From contig NC_068988.1 in NCBI RefSeq assembly GCF_001194135.2, positions 60,053,600 through 60,116,301 of the forward strand: DNA of 62,702 nt, written 5' to 3'. A program made the position numbers and the translations under genes. Below, piece after piece: positions 24,401 to 38,958 of the stretch. How positions within the stretch are numbered: the stretch's first letter is position 1; each line of letters opens with the position of its first letter. This DNA comes from Octopus bimaculoides (Eukaryota). Under the pieces are notes generated by a model. That model was not told the DNA's origin. It searched no databases and saw only the letters and a list, made by a program, of their open reading frames with translations.

Positions 24401-26499
24401 TTAACATTAAAGCTAACTAAAAGTGGTTGAGGTTGGATCTGAACGCCGATCTCCTAAATCCCTCACCAGCATGACTGCAGAAAGAGACGCAAGGGTCGAT
24501 GGCTCAAACAGGTGGAAAGGCGTTATCCTGTTGGAACAGGGAATCACCAACAAGTGGTGAAGTCAGCGGCGCACTGCTGTTGCGCTGCCCTCCACACTTC
24601 CACTTCTTATTCCTGTACCTCCTGCACCTCCTCTACCCCTTACTCCTCCTCTTGATCTTCCTGTTGCTGCTACTCTTCCTCCTCTTATTACTACTAATAC
24701 TTCTACTACTACTTATGATAATACTGATTTAAGACGAAAACAAAACTTTCATTATATGTGTATACTGGCATCAACACTGGTAGTTGAGAGTCCAAAGATC
24801 TTCTGTGTTTCTGAATTAGGAAGCATCGCATCAAAATATAATTAACGTTTCATATTAGACATAGTATCAATGCTTGATGCATATTCGAATGACATTATGA
24901 TCCTATACTATGATGAACTAGGTGATGTTTTATTAGTTTGTGCATTTATATACTTATATGTATATGTAAATATGTGGATATACGCATCTGCATTCTGAGG
25001 TAAAATTCAGTCGAAATGATAAAGGTACAAGTTATTCATGCTTTGCTCGAGATCAGCTCTAATCGAGAAGGAAGTGATTAAACGCATCTTATTCCTGAAA
25101 ATCCAATAGGCTCTGTATATCTAAGACTAAAAAACAACAACAATCCATTCTTATAAATAGTAATTTGCAATCTGTGAATGTGTCTCCTTCATTTCTGGTA
25201 TTTCGACAACCATTTATATTCTGACATCAGTAATATGAACTACATTGTTCCCTTATGAAAACCAGACAGCGATTGTAATTAATATATCAGTTATGGCATA
25301 ACATCAAATCTTCTGTATAATTAAGGAAATCGAATTCAAAAGTTATTTAATTACTTTATTTTTTCACGAGAAGCAATCAACTTTAATTTAATCATTTGGG
25401 TGCAATTAATATTATGCTTAAAATGTTCGAGTCGAAGCTTGAAGATTCGGTTTGACAGCTATGCATTTACTTCTACTATAAAATAAATTTGTATATGAAA
25501 TTTGAGTCAACAAAATCTATGCAAAGCCTACTTCTGGATATTTAATCTTTTTTGAGAGGAGCGGAGTTTATTTTAATGAGACACCCATTTTAACAAAAGT
25601 TCCTTACCTAGAAATGCACTACGTATAACTAAGTATACCAAGAAATGTACTTCGTATAACGAAGTGGTGTTTGTTGCAATTATTCGGGCGATTTATCACA
25701 TCAATCTCAAGAATTCAAATTTTGCTATCAATTTCGGGGATCCAAAAAGAAATGATTGTCATTGCATTTCCTACAGAACTGAGTGTTTAGAAATTTATAC
25801 GTTTTAATATATGAGATTATGCGTAACACAATTCATTCTCTGACCGAAACGAAATCAACTTTCTGAGAAAACACTTCCGTTCTGACTAGACTGGCAAATG
25901 ATTCCACTGGTACTCGTCTCTGTCAGTTAAAAAAAATTCTAAATGCATTATTGTATTATTATCATAATAATTGTAGATGGAAAGCTATTTACCGCATACA
26001 AAATATTGATTAAATTGTGCATTGAAACTGAAATTAACTAACTTACGTTGTACGCCACATGAATACCGCCGTTGTCAGCAATATTTTCATCCAGCGTCAG
26101 TTGACCATTAACCTTAATTGAAAAGAAAATGAAAATAGAAGTGCTTCATTAAACATTTATAAATAAGTGTAAACACACTTGCACACACACACGCACACAG
26201 ACATAGACACAGACACACACAGACACACACGCACACACACACACACGCACTCTCATACTAGTGCAGATGCTTCAGTCTGTGTATTTGATTGTGTGCACGT
26301 GTGTGTGCGAGAAAGAGAGAGAGAGAGAGAGAAAGTGTCTAAAAGAGACATAAATGAAAAAAATATTAAGATATATTATTAAACCACGCCATTTTAGCAA
26401 TTAATAATAATTATAGTAATACTGCCTTCAAATTTTTGCACAAGATTGGCAATTTCGGCTGTGGCTGTAAGTCTATTACAACGCCCCAGTAAGTCCATC

Positions 26500-26620
26500 A
26501 CATCACACTAGTACTCATTTTATCGGTTCTAGACGATTTATAGCAAAGTCGACCACGTAAAGACGGACGAAATGCCGCTAGGCATTTTGCAAGGTGTGCA
26601 AATGATTCTGTGTGCTTGCT
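26500..26620 (-). mobile_element. tRNA-derived SINE family B fragment
   Basis: GCAAAGTCGACC...AAGACGGACGAAATGCCGCTAGGCATTT; same family as 45481-45640 and 49600-49745. Confidence 0.6.
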
Positions 26621-28929
26621 ACTTTAAATAGTTACAATAATATTAAGAGGATAAATGCTAGGCAAGGATACGCGGACAATATAAGAAACAAATTATTAGT
26701 TCACTTTGAAATCACCCCGCAGATATATATTTCATGCAAACAGTTATTCTAATACGAATAGAAGTATACATCTACATGGCAAATTCCCGAAAACACAGAA
26801 TAGTAAAGGGCAATGACAAAAACGTCTACCCCGACAGAAGTGCATAGGTCGGAAGTTTTTCTCACTAGAAAAGTAGGTAATTGTTCCTTGAGTGGTTTAC
26901 AAATACCAACTTTATTAATAATAACATTCAATATAGTTGCCGAATTTCCTTACATCTATCTGGACATATATATTATGTGATACTTATAATTCCGCGTTTT
27001 AAACCAGACAATTATTTATTTTAAGACTGTTGGTTATTAGCGTATAAAATACCGTACAACAATACTGTGGAAAAGTATATAGAATGTCTATATTAAATAT
27101 ACTGTAATGGCCCCAACCAGAAGTGCATAGATAGAAATTCTAGGACTAATATATAAACATATTAGACAGAAAATATCCCGTTCGGTCTTATGCACAGGTT
27201 ATATAAATGAATTTGTCTTCTATAGACGTCGCCTTAATTTTACAAGAAACAAATCATGGAAAATGCAAGACTCCTGAAATAAGTTTTTTTTTCCCCTAAT
27301 ATATGTACACGTTTTACTGGTTATTGTATAGACCTACATGATGCTTGAAATAGACACCGTGATACTTCTACATTTCGATTAATATATAACACATATAAGC
27401 CTGTCGTGATTTTCCATTGCAAAACAGAATTATTTCCATCAACTTAGCTATTAAATTGCAAACATAGGTAAAATAAGAATGCTATGCAGCTATTTCCGTA
27501 TAGAAATTGACAGAGTGCATACTCAGATACACACTGCGCGCTTAGGATAATAGTTATCCGAGAATCGACAAATGATTTTTAGAAGTTATCAAAAATTCGT
27601 TACTTTGAAACGTTAATCTACATGTTTTCTTGGTTGTACCGAAATCTTTTTCAAGAAAGAAATATACACGATGTATTTTTGAACCGATGTATATTACTAA
27701 CAACAAGATAATAAGATAACAGTAAGAAACAGCAAGGTATGCTTTAATGTCAGCAATAACAATGAATACACTATAATTGTAATATCGACTGCATTTAAGA
27801 TGTGATACATAAACTCCTAGTAGGTGAAATGTATGTTGTTGTTTTACTGGTTGTAAGAGAATAAGTACCATCTGTTTGATGAAAATGAGGAAGCAAATTC
27901 CTTGGCGAAAAAAAACATTATAATAGGTGTTATTTGAGCTACATAGTGTAAGATGAAATACATCTTCTTATACACTGCTCTCTTTTTCAAGAGAAAAACA
28001 AGCTTGCACCAGTACGGTATAAATATACATAACAAAAGAAAAAGTCGAAAAATTTTAACAAGGAGTGCTATTGATTGATGTTTCTTGGAAGTAAAAATGA
28101 TATAAATATATATAAGAATTTTATTTCAAGAAAGCCATTAAGAACTTATATGCCGGAGAGCTCCAGTATTGTACAGAAAATGTGGGAGAAGTATTTCCTT
28201 TTTGAAAAACTTCTATGGCAAGTTATAACCTCATTAATGTTTATTATAACGGATAAGAAATTGCATGGGCAGGAAAGAATTGTTATGATTAGACACAATC
28301 ATGGTTTTAAGCAAAGAAGCCATCTTTTTTAAAATATTCAGTTCCCTCTTCTCATATTGTATAGAAGAAACTAAGACTAATATAGGTTAAACGTATTGCC
28401 AAGTAAATAATAGATCTCATCTAAATTATTTTAAGTTGTGAAGCTTAGGAAACTAGATTTCTTTATATCTTATCATAATTAAAATGTGCGTAGGTTGAGT
28501 AGAATGGAAAACAGAGACTTGTAAATTCAAAATTCAAAGAATGTAGTAATTATAACTACTAGCTCTTTCATTAATTACTGTGTATCTCATGAAGTTAATA
28601 TGTATAATAGTGACTGAAGAAATTCTTTAATACATTATTTGAATGCTGAATATTATTTTTACTAAATATCTTGGGGACATCTTTATCAAACAACTATTAT
28701 ATTACATGAGTAAACAGTAAAATGATATCCTACAGTAAACATTGAAATTTTGTTAATTTTAAGTAAATTCTTCGTTGCTTCTCGTCACAACAATTTATAA
28801 ATACACCATCCCATTTGTTATTCAGCTGACTACAATCCGGTTTCCATTGTGTGAATAAACCGTATAAATGCTGATAAATATCAGTTTGAAATTGTGGAAC
28901 AAGGAAAGCAATTTTAACAGAGAGCAGAA

Positions 28930-29050
28930 GTAGATTATGTTAACGCCAGTGTTCAGCTGGTACTTTTATCAACCTCGAAAGAATGAAGGGGAAATCAGCG
29001 CCATGTCAACTCAGAAGGTAAAGTTGGAAGAAATGCTGCAATGCATTTCA
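28930..29050 (-). mobile_element. SINE family B fragment (old)
   Basis: GGTACTTTTATCAACCTCGAAAGAATGAAGG...AACTCAGAA...GAAATGCTGCAATGCATTT. Confidence 0.5.
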
Positions 29051-29879
29051 GAAATGCTGCGATATAACCTACATGTGTCTTATATTTATAATCTTCATTT
29101 GTCTTACAGTTTTGTCAGGCAGAGGAAAGTATACGTTTCTTTGCTGGCATGGGAGAACGCAATTGAATATAATGTTAGCGAATTCGAGCAAAGTTCTGAA
29201 CGTTTTTGAAGACAACTCATGGACAAAAGTGAACTTGATCAATTCATTTAAAAGTAATCGGAGAATTTAAGAACTGGAAGTGAAGATTGGAGATTAAAAC
29301 AATTCTTGCGCATGTCTTCAATCGACAAATAGTGGAAAGTGCTGTTGTCCCATGCGCTGTTCAGATGCAAATACGCGTAACTTTAAAGCAGTGGCATCGA
29401 AGAGTAATGAATGAACTGATTCTGATATTGTAAACTCTAACATTACGTAAATACTCAGTCATATACTGCTTTCTCTATTACCAACTTTACCTTCCACCGT
29501 ATAAAGCATTAGATTTGAGCCAATATTAGCAATCAGTATTTTAAAAGCATCAATGAAGGATCCGAGTGATTTTGATATTAATGTCAATGAGATATTGTGA
29601 TCAACATGTCGCGTCACCTAATTATATATTTCCGTGAGTCACTAGATGTCGATCAGAGTTAACCGATTCTTGTAATGGTAGGAGGGGAAATAACAGCACA
29701 ACGCAGAGTTTCAGCGTAAAAAGAACGAAACATATTTCGTTCAAAACACTTGAAATTACGCTAGTCCTCAGCCCTGGAATGATACTGTACAGGGATTTTG
29801 CTATAAATCTGACAGCACGAAACGCAATATCTCATCCACAAAAGTTAAGGAAGCATACAAAGAATGATGGCGGGTAGAT

Positions 29880-30460
29880 AACAGTTTGCCCAAAGTAGTC
29901 GACTTCAGCTTCAACTAAACGTCTCAAAATGGCTTCGGGATCTGAGGTGTACGTTCCTCGTTGTATTCCTAGGAAGATCTTCAAACATGGCCTTGACCTC
30001 AGCTACCAGCTCTGTTTCGGTTTTGTATGCTGAGCGGGAGATGCCTTTCACGATGGTGTCCCACACATAGCAATCTATGGGTGTACAAGCGCGGAAATCA
30101 GGAGGCTAGATATTGCACATGATGAAGTTGTAGAAATTCTCCGGCAACCAATTCTAACTCTTCTTGAGGAAGAGCATATGGACTTCCAGCACCAACCCCT
30201 TCCAACAGGAATATGGCAAAAGCTTCTGGCAGTGTCATGCATCTGACAGATTTTCAGCCTAAATCCCTCTTGAAAGATTTGAATATGTAGCCGTGATAAT
30301 TTCAGGTATCCACATTACGTCTTACTGTTTTTACACTGTTCGCCGAGCAATGTGCTGCAATCATCATGTCGGCATTTTGATACCCGGTGCGTAATTATGA
30401 TACAGAAAATCCTGTTGTAATATTCAAATGGCTTCCATTCTTCTATGTCAGCTAGCATCT
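29880..30460 (-). mobile_element. Second maT/DD37D-like transposase 3-prime remnant
   Basis: WLPENFYNFIMCNI*PPDFRACTPIDCYVWDTIV...KTETELVAEVKAMFEDLPRNT (WPPxSPDxNPxDYxVW-like). Confidence 0.75.
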
Positions 30461-30569
30461 TCTTTAATATTTATTATACATGAAGTTATTTCTGATAAAA
30501 GGGAAACGTATTAATTCGTAAAATTTAGGCATAGCAACTTGTATTTATCAATACCACACACATACACGC

Positions 30570-30613
<44 letters not shown>

Positions 30614-31720
30614 ACCACTCACAAACACACACTTTCATTGAACGTATGACACATTTAACATATGTGATATTTGAGCATGGACAATTATTATTCATATTCT
30701 GCACGACGCGCTAATGATTCAGGTAATGCGCTGATTGCTGAACATCTACAATAAGAGGAGAACGAATATAAATTAGAGCATTGAACTTGCAATATTCAGC
30801 TTATAGTTCGATTTATTGTTCCTATATAACAACAGCTGTCTTCTAAATGAGAAAGCGTAGTACAAGAAAGAATAACATGCCTAGAATTTTAGCCTTTCTT
30901 GTCTATATTATTAAATTGTCTATATCTGTAAATTCATATTCATAACACAGCGTGTAATTTCAGGATGAAGACCAATTGCGGGCTGAGTGAATTAACATCT
31001 CTTTCTTGCTGGTTAAGCAATCATGTAGCTGCGCCATCGTCGGTTTGTTTCACAATGTTTGTGATCATTTACTCATCCAGACAGTGCAGACTTATGATCA
31101 AAAACTTCCATTTATGCACACCCAATTTTGTGAAAGCGCGCGTGCGTGTATCTCTGAAGCACGATATACTGATATGCATCCATTTTGTCATAGAATCTAA
31201 AACTATCTCTGTCGTTTGAGTGACGTTTATCTGCTATTTGTAGGGGCTCGAATTACTACATCATGTGTTCACGTATTGCCGAGCAAAACTTCGGCCTTAC
31301 GCAGTGATACGCAACAACTTTCGATTTCCAATGGCAAAACTTATCTTTAATCAAATGGATGCATATCTTTCAATCAACAAAAGCAGACTATGAATATAAA
31401 TGAAAAAAGAATGCATTTTCAATTAGATACTTATATTCTGACTAAGCTTAACATTTATGTACGGATGTGAAGACAATACGATGTGAAGGTATAAATTATC
31501 TTAAATACTTAAAGAACTTTTCAGATATTGAGCATAGCAAGGGTGTCATATACTTGGATTCAGTATTTATGTGATTCTCATCAATGGCGCCAAAGTCAAT
31601 TTCGTATTTGATTTATTCATTCTAATTGATACGAAGGAATTGAAACCCATAATTTATATAGTTAGGTTATAAGATACGAAAAAAGAAATGAGAGAGGTAA
31701 TAACGATATATTAAAACCTT

Positions 31721-31764
<44 letters not shown>

Positions 31765-32004
31765 NNNNNNNNNNNNNNNNNNNNNNNNNNNNNNNNNNNN
31801 NNNNNNNNNNNNNNNNNNNNNNNNNNNNNNNNNNNNNNNNNNNNNNNNNNNNNNNNNNNNNNNNNNNNNNNNNNNNNNNNNNNNNNNNNNNNNNNNNNNN
31901 NNNNNNNNNNNNNNNNNNNNNNNNNNNNNNNNNNNNNNNNNNNNNNNNNNNNNNNNNNNNNNNNNNNNNNNNNNNNNNNNTATATATACACACATATATA
32001 TACA

Positions 32005-32037
<33 letters not shown>

Positions 32038-32579
32038 GAGCGCGCTCGTGTGTGTGTGAGTTTATAACTCAATTTATCTCCCACTTGAGTAAAAATAATA
32101 TGATATATAAAATGTACCATTTTGAAAATTGAATGTACTATTAATTTGAAAATGTTGAAGTTAATTTTTTAGTATGCTGTAGTTCTGTATAATCTATTTC
32201 CAAATCTAACTCATTAATGTTGCAGGCGGCGCATAAGCCACATAATCTGTCACGAGAGTTCTATGTTTGTTTCTTTTTTTCAAAATGCAATATCTGATGC
32301 ACTTTCTCTATAATTATATAGAATACAAATTACGTGATTACTTTGGAAGCGTAGGAATTCTTCTCATATATTTTCTTTCGTAACATTCTCCTGAGCCTTG
32401 ATAAGCCTTGAAGAATAAATGTAACTTTATCTTAGGCATTAATTATCGAAATCAATCTTGAAAACGTATATGTCATTTTCTCAACTTGCGAGAGAACGCC
32501 AAGAATTTACTTGAAAATATACCCTTTAACTTCCAAAACTAAAAATGATTTCAAATTTTGGCGCAAGGCCTGCAGATTC

Positions 32580-33110
32580 AGTACAAGTGGTAAGTCGATT
32601 ACATGAACCTCAACACGGAGTAATTTGAACTCAAAACGGAAGACTCACGAAATGCCGCAAACGTATTGCCTGGAGTGCTAACGAATCAGCAGCTCACCGT
32701 TTTTGATTCCGAAATTAACAATACGAGGATGATAAATCGCGTAAAGAAATTTAAGATAATTGAGCCGAAGAGGAAACAAAGCAGGTTGGCTAGTGAAAGA
32801 AAGGTTTTTGTTAGTATATATCTACAATTAGGGCATACCGCGTGTTAATCAAAAACACAGAAACACAAACTTTGCTAATTTGCTCGATCATATTGTTCAA
32901 CAATTAATGAAAGTGGAATTACAAGTTTTCTTAATAATTCTTGTCATATGATGGTTTCTGATTTATACAGCAGTCTAAACGGGAGGGCGTTAGTCGATAA
33001 CATTGACACCAGTACTTTACTGTTACTTCATTTCATAGACCCTCAAATTATGAAAGGCAATGTCTGTCTTAGCGGAATTTGAATTCTGGATGAAATGAAC
33101 CGGAACAAAT
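32580..33110 (-). mobile_element. Two SINE family B fragments (about 32580-32700 and 32985-33110)
   Basis: AATTTGAACTCAAAACG...ACGAAATGCCGC and ATTATGAAAGGCAATGTC...GCGGAATTTGAA. Confidence 0.5.
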
Positions 33111-33431
33111 GATGTGGAGATTTATTTCCCATGATGTAAATAATTCTGCCATTTCACTTCCTTGCCTTCCTCGTTGTTCATCCAGTTCATTGTTTAGATA
33201 TGAAAACGGGTCAAATACCAATAGGTATTAGTTGATTTTGTGGCATATGAGGCATAATTAAATGGATGTGAATTAATATAATAATCAAACTGTCAGCCGC
33301 AAAGCATAGCACTAATATTTACACATGACAGTCCAAATTTCGCCGTGATAAATTTCTCTTTTCTCATTTCGGGGTCAATAAGTAAATTACCAGTCTTGTG
33401 ATAGGTCCATTCCTCTATCTGTCACTTTATG

Positions 33432-33468
<37 letters not shown>

Positions 33469-34633
33469 TATTCTCTCTCTCTCTGTTTCACGAAGATATT
33501 ATCTCTTTCTCAAACACAGTCTTTCTCGCGCTCTCCCTCTCTATTCCCCCCACNNNNNNNNNNNNNNNNNNNNNNNNNNNNNNNNNNNNNNNNNNNNNNN
33601 NNNNNNNNNNNNNNNNNNNNNNNNNNNNNNNNNNNNNNNNNNNNNNNNNNNNNNATTTATATATATATATATCTGTTTGCGTGTCATTATAATTATCACT
33701 GTATTCCTTTCTCGCTCTTTCTCTCTGGGTTGTAATTCACATCGTGTTCAGCTAATTTAATCTGAAAATCGTATTAATGGAACACGACCAAGTAGATAAC
33801 TCAGCCACTAACATGTTAATTTATAGACGAGAAATTCAGTTACTTGAGCTATTGACTGCATATTGTCGAGACCGGTATAAAATCCGCCTATATTTTTTTA
33901 AATAAAAGTGTTCTAAGAGGAATATCTGAAGTAAATCAACAACATAAGTCGCACACCCGCATTTAAATGTATATAGATAGACGCATTTGTGTAAACTTAA
34001 CATATATGAAAGGATAAATTTGTAGATTTATAGAGAGGTGACAGAGAAGAGATGATAGAATCCACCAAATGCTTTTAAATAATAAAATACACTTGAATCT
34101 ATATTAAGAATTGGTGTACCTAACGACCAACACAAACATTTCCCAAATGAGATTACTATTTTAGTTGAAGGAAAACAAAACAAAAAATTCTACTGGTTAG
34201 TCTTAGAAATTCTCAATAACAAGTGTTGGGATAATTTCAAGTAATTAAAGATTAATTACTGGAACTAAATGTATATGCTCAAAGGCAAATCTCATATTTG
34301 TAAACAACAATGAAATAAATAATATTTAAACGAATTTTGAAACTGTAAAGTTTGTCCTGAAAGATGTCGGATCTGTTTTTGTTTGTGTCGTATAACGCCA
34401 TCTTGATCGAGTAGACCTATGATCGAATATGTCATTTTAGGAGAATATAGCCATGCATTATGCAGTGTGTTGTTTATTTAGGAAGATAGGACGTGATCTT
34501 CAGTCATTTGTCTGGAAGAGATTTCATTGTTGGTATTCTCTGCTGCTGAGAGTTTAGAGACGATATCGGTACAACTGTGTTATGTGAATTACTGCAATAA
34601 TCATATTTATAATGGAGGGTATGAGTTTGTTGT

Positions 34634-35022
34634 GGAGGTGCAATGGCTCAGTAGCTAGGGCAGCGGACTCGCGGTCATAGGATCGCGGTTTTGATTCCCA
34701 GACAGGGCTTTGTGAGTGTTTATTGAGCGAAAACACCTAAAGCTCCACGAGGATCCGGCAGGGAATGGTGGCGAAACCTGCTGTACTCTTTCACCACAAC
34801 TTTCTCTCATTCTTACTTCCTGTTTCTGCTGTGCCTGTAATTCAAAGGGCCAGCCTTATCACACTCTGTGTCACGCTGAATATCCCAGAGAACTACGTTA
34901 AGGGTACACGTGTCTGTGGAGTGCTCAGCCACTTGCACGCTAATTTCACGAGCAGGCTGTCCTGTTGATCGGATTAACAGGAACTCTCGTCGTCGTAAGT
35001 GATGGAGTGCCAACAACAATGA
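34634..35022 (+). mobile_element. Full-length tRNA-derived SINE (family C, about 390 bp)
   Basis: GGAGGTGCAATGGCTCAGTAGCTAGGGCAGCGGACTCGCGG...GGTTTTGATTCC head with A/B boxes; ends GGAGTGCCAACAACAA. Confidence 0.8.
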
Positions 35023-35271
35023 GTTTGTTATATATTGTTACATCACATTCTATGTGATGGTTTTCAATTTGGCAGAATGCCAGAAATTTTAAGAGAGAAT
35101 GAATACAGGATAACATCAACCCCAGTACTATATGGGTCTCGAAAATATGTAAAGCAAAGCTGACGTCGGCAAAATCCGAGCAACAAAAAAAACATTAAAG
35201 ACACACAAATCAGTGTAGATACTATAGCAATATTGCCAAGACCACTACAACAATCAAAACTGCAGCAGCAA

Positions 35272-35299
<28 letters not shown>

Positions 35300-35303
<4 letters not shown>

Positions 35304-36260
35304 ATAATAATAATAATAATAATAATTTCTTTATTGGCTATCAGGGCCGAACGCACAATATAGAGGACGATACATAGACGAGGGACAGTGAGGTTAAACG
35401 CGTAAACAGCAAATAAACACAACGATTAACAAAGAGATTAAATCAATAATATGCTTCCCCAATAGGGGAGGAGTTCCACCGTAAGGAGATCAAAGAGACC
35501 TCACGCACCTCGGACACTTTAACACCAAAGGCTCCACTGGAAGGTACCCCTCACTTCTACCTTCAATCCTGCCTACAGGCGCACACCTAGTGTAGGCCTA
35601 TTCACATAGCCATTATTTCCATATTCGCCCACACTCCAACGAACTTACTCGGTGACAGTCCATCCCTCTGTAGGCTCATTTTCCTTTTCATGTGGAATCT
35701 CAAAAATCTATGAGTCCTTGGCTAAATAGGAAGTTGCCCGTCTTCAAAAATTTCAATTGCGTCCACCACACAAATATTACGTCATAGCCACCAGAGAGAG
35801 AAAAGCTGCCCTCCCTCCACGGCCAAAGACATGAGGCGGGGCGATCTTCACAAAGGACTCGGACGATAACCGAATCCATCCTACACGCGACAATAACTGT
35901 TTGACAAAGCTCCACGAGTCAGCAATGCGCGAACACTATACGGGAACATTCGCAACGGTGCATCTCAGACAAGTCCGACTGAATGCACACCCGTACCTGT
36001 AAATCTTATCTAGAACTAATGGCGTTTTACGTAGCACTGCCAGGCCAGGGATTTCTGGAAGTTAACAATAGTTCCCAGGCCAAAAGTCCTCCAGAAGATA
36101 CCAGAAAGTTGATCCACCGCACGATGGCCAGAATCTCTCTGAGCACGTCGTCGCTCTTGCCCTTTATTAATCACCTATGGAAATCCAAGTTGGATCTTCC
36201 AACAATCATATTACCCGACTAGCTGAGGTCCATGTACATTTGAGACGCACCAGGTGGACT
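35300..36260 (-). mobile_element. L1/Tx1-type LINE 3-prime end
   Basis: VIFVWWTQLKFLKTGNFLFSQGLIDF and HMKRKMSLQRDGLSPSKFVGVW; related to 50090-50260; ends in an AATAAA plus microsatellite tail. Confidence 0.65.
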
Positions 36261-36923
36261 AGAAACTTATCTTTATGCAGATAGAGATACATTTGCTCGT
36301 TCATTTCCATATGTTACCAATGTACAATGTGTAATAACTAACATCAAGCTTAGCATAAGAATTTTCAAACTAATATCGTATTTATCAGCATATCAATTTG
36401 AAGCAACAACAAAAAAAAAAGAGGTAAACAAAAGGGAGAGTTATATATTGAAGTATTTCAGCATCATGTGTTAACAAAGTTTCTATTCACAAAACACTGA
36501 ATGCAAGTTTTACACTGTATCTAGTCGAGCGAGCGATATTTTCCTGCGTCAGGAAAAAAAGCGTTACTATTATAATTTATGTCATTCAAATTCTTTACAG
36601 GAACATCTCTTATATATAAACATGTTGATGTTTATCTGTAGAAATGAATTCTTCACAAATTCGAAGCACATTGTATTCATAATGAACCTTTTCTATTCTT
36701 GAGCTGTTGTTGCTTTTCAAATTTACGTTTATAATAACTATAATTTGATGTAATAATTTTTAAAATATTTTGAAAGACATTCTTTCTTTCCTTTATGTAA
36801 GCTAAGTGCATTTATTCACATTTCCATTGCATATGTGAATAACACTTAACGTGTGAATGCCTAACCGCGTATGTGTATATCTACGTATGTAAGTGTGTAC
36901 GCGAACCTATACGTATTCGCACA

Positions 36924-36975
<52 letters not shown>

Positions 36976-37433
36976 NNNNNNNNNNNNNNNNNNNNNNNNN
37001 NNNNNNNNNNNNNNNNNNNNNNNNNNNNNNNNNNNNNNNNNNNNNNNNNNNNNNNNNNNNNNNNNNNNNNNNNNNNNNNNNNNNNNNNNNNNNNNNNNNN
37101 NNNNNNNNNNNNNNNNNNNNNNNNNNNNNNNNNNNNNNNNNNNNNNNNNNNNNNNNNNNNNNNNNNNNNNNNNNNNNNNNNNNNNNNNNNNNNNNNNNNN
37201 NNNNNNNNNNNNNNNNNNNNNNNNNNNNNNNNNNNNNNNNNNNNNNNNNNNNNNNNNNNNNNNNNNNNNNNNNNNNNNNNNNNNNNNNNNNNNNNNNNNN
37301 NNNNNNNNNNNNNNNNNNNNNNNNNNNNNNNNNNNNNNNNNNNNNNNNNNNNNNNNNNNNNNNNNNNNNNNNNNNNNNNNNNNNNNNNNNNNNNNNNNNN
37401 NNNNNNNNNNNNNNNNNNNNNNNNNNNNNNNNN

Positions 37434-37590
37434 ATAGTTTTAGAGAAAAGAACCAAAGTTCATGAACTCATCCGTGAAAATCCACAGTCACATATCGAAA
37501 AATGAATAAGTAAATACACGATAAATAAGTATAATATAATACAAAGTAAAAATCGTAAAATAATGATACTAATAATAATTATTATTATCG
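37434..37590 (+). repeat. Dispersed repeat, copy 2 (see 7395-7545)
   Basis: ATAGTTTTAGAGAAAAGAACC...GAACTCATC...GAAAATCCAC. Confidence 0.6.
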
Positions 37591-37594
37591 TTAT

Positions 37595-38125
37595 GTAGAC
37601 CACAAGTTTATAACGATATTACTAAAGAAGTTAGTATCATCGCCGCTAGGTTTAAATTATAAAAAAAATTAGAGATCCTTCAAAAAAAGAGGCCTTTATA
37701 ACTATTAAGGACAACCAAAAGAACTTCCTATCTAATCCTAAATGCAGACTAGTTAACCCTGCAAAATCAGAAATTGGTATAATTATTGAAGAAATTTTAA
37801 GAAAAATCAATGCTAAAGTTAGAGAGGCAACTAATTTACTACAATGGTCCAATAGTATAGAAGTTGTTAAAGTAATTAGACATAAGAATAAAACAAGATT
37901 TACACAATCTGATATTGTAGATTTCTATGCATCTTTTTCTCGAAAACTGCTAGATAAAGCCCTCACTTTCGCAAGCGATTATACACAGGTTAGTAAAAAA
38001 GAGAAGGATATAATCCTCCATGCTAGAAAACCCTTTCTCTTCAGCAAGAATACAAAGTGGGTCACAACAGCTGACGTAGAGGGTTCTTTCGATGTGAGCA
38101 TGGGGTCATATGACGGAGCAGGTAC
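37595..38125 (+). mobile_element. Penelope-like element RT fragment (about 150 open codons with no upstream Met)
   Basis: EAFITIKDNQKNFLSNPKCRLVNPAKSEIG...RFTQSDIVDFYASFSRKLLDKAL...FDVSMGSYDGA (RT motifs A and B of a PLE lineage). Confidence 0.85.
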
Positions 38126-38169
38126 ACAGGATCCGATTGGGCTATTCCCATTCGTTATGTAGGAGTGGT

Positions 38170-38600
38170 GAGTATATGCTATTGTCTACAAGGTATAAGT
38201 TCTTGGTTTTATCAGAAAAAAAGTGCCATTAAAAAAAAGTTTCGATGTCTTTTTTTAAGTTTCTGTTGAAAAATGTTAAAGGACTTACGAAATTTGGTTT
38301 TGTTTATAAGTTTCGGTAGATGTGTTGCGAAGTTTTCTACGTACTTGAATTTTCTTTCATTTAATTTCTTTGATTTAATTTCTTTGATTTAATTTAATGG
38401 TATATTTCTCTGTGATAGACTCTTCATTGTTGTAATGAAAGCTCTTCCATCTCATACGTTTAATAAGATCCGTAATTTTCTCCAATAGTTTTTTAGAGTA
38501 TAGTTCCCTGAATGGTATAGGTATGTTTTTCATTGAGTAATCGATACATAGATTTTTCTGTGGGAGAAATTCCTCAAGCGATTAATAGCAACTATTCAAT
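38170..38600 (-). mobile_element. N-terminal part of the same PLE ORF, inverted relative to the RT fragment
   Basis: MKNIPIPFRELYSKKLLEKITDLIKRMRWKSFHY...FFSDKTKNLYLVD resembles the NIP...IKRMRWK...DKTxNLY N-terminus of these PLEs. Confidence 0.65.
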
Positions 38601-38664
38601 ACAAGTTGTATTAGGCTCTTATAGAAAATGCTGCGGTGTACGGGAGGTAATTTAATAATAATAA

Positions 38665-38752
38665 AAAGTGACAACAAAAGAATGAGACCTCGATATTAGG
38701 TAGTTAGAGGATTATTTATATATATATAATTTAGGACAATCAGTAAGTTGAA
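38665..38752 (+). repeat. Dispersed repeat, copy 2 (see 9516-9600)
   Basis: GACAACAAAAGAATGAGACCTCGATATTAGG...ATAATTTAGGACAA. Confidence 0.6.
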
Positions 38753-38958
38753 TACAAGTAGAAAAAAGGAAAACAAATACACGCGACCATATTCTCACAG
38801 ACACACAGACACACACACGCATATGAACTATTAATATTACTCGTATTATTGTTGTTGTTGTTGCTCTTGTTGTTTATCGCCAAGACTAGACGAGTAGCGA
38901 ACGCTCTTTGAGTTATTGACTTATGTTCATTGTTAAAAGTGCACTTATGTTTCCTTGG

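Noticed and set aside
25649-25665. ACTTCGTATAACGAAGT, resembling fused loxP arms
   Set aside because: Only a 7-bp palindrome with no 8-bp spacer or full 13-bp arms; expected by chance.
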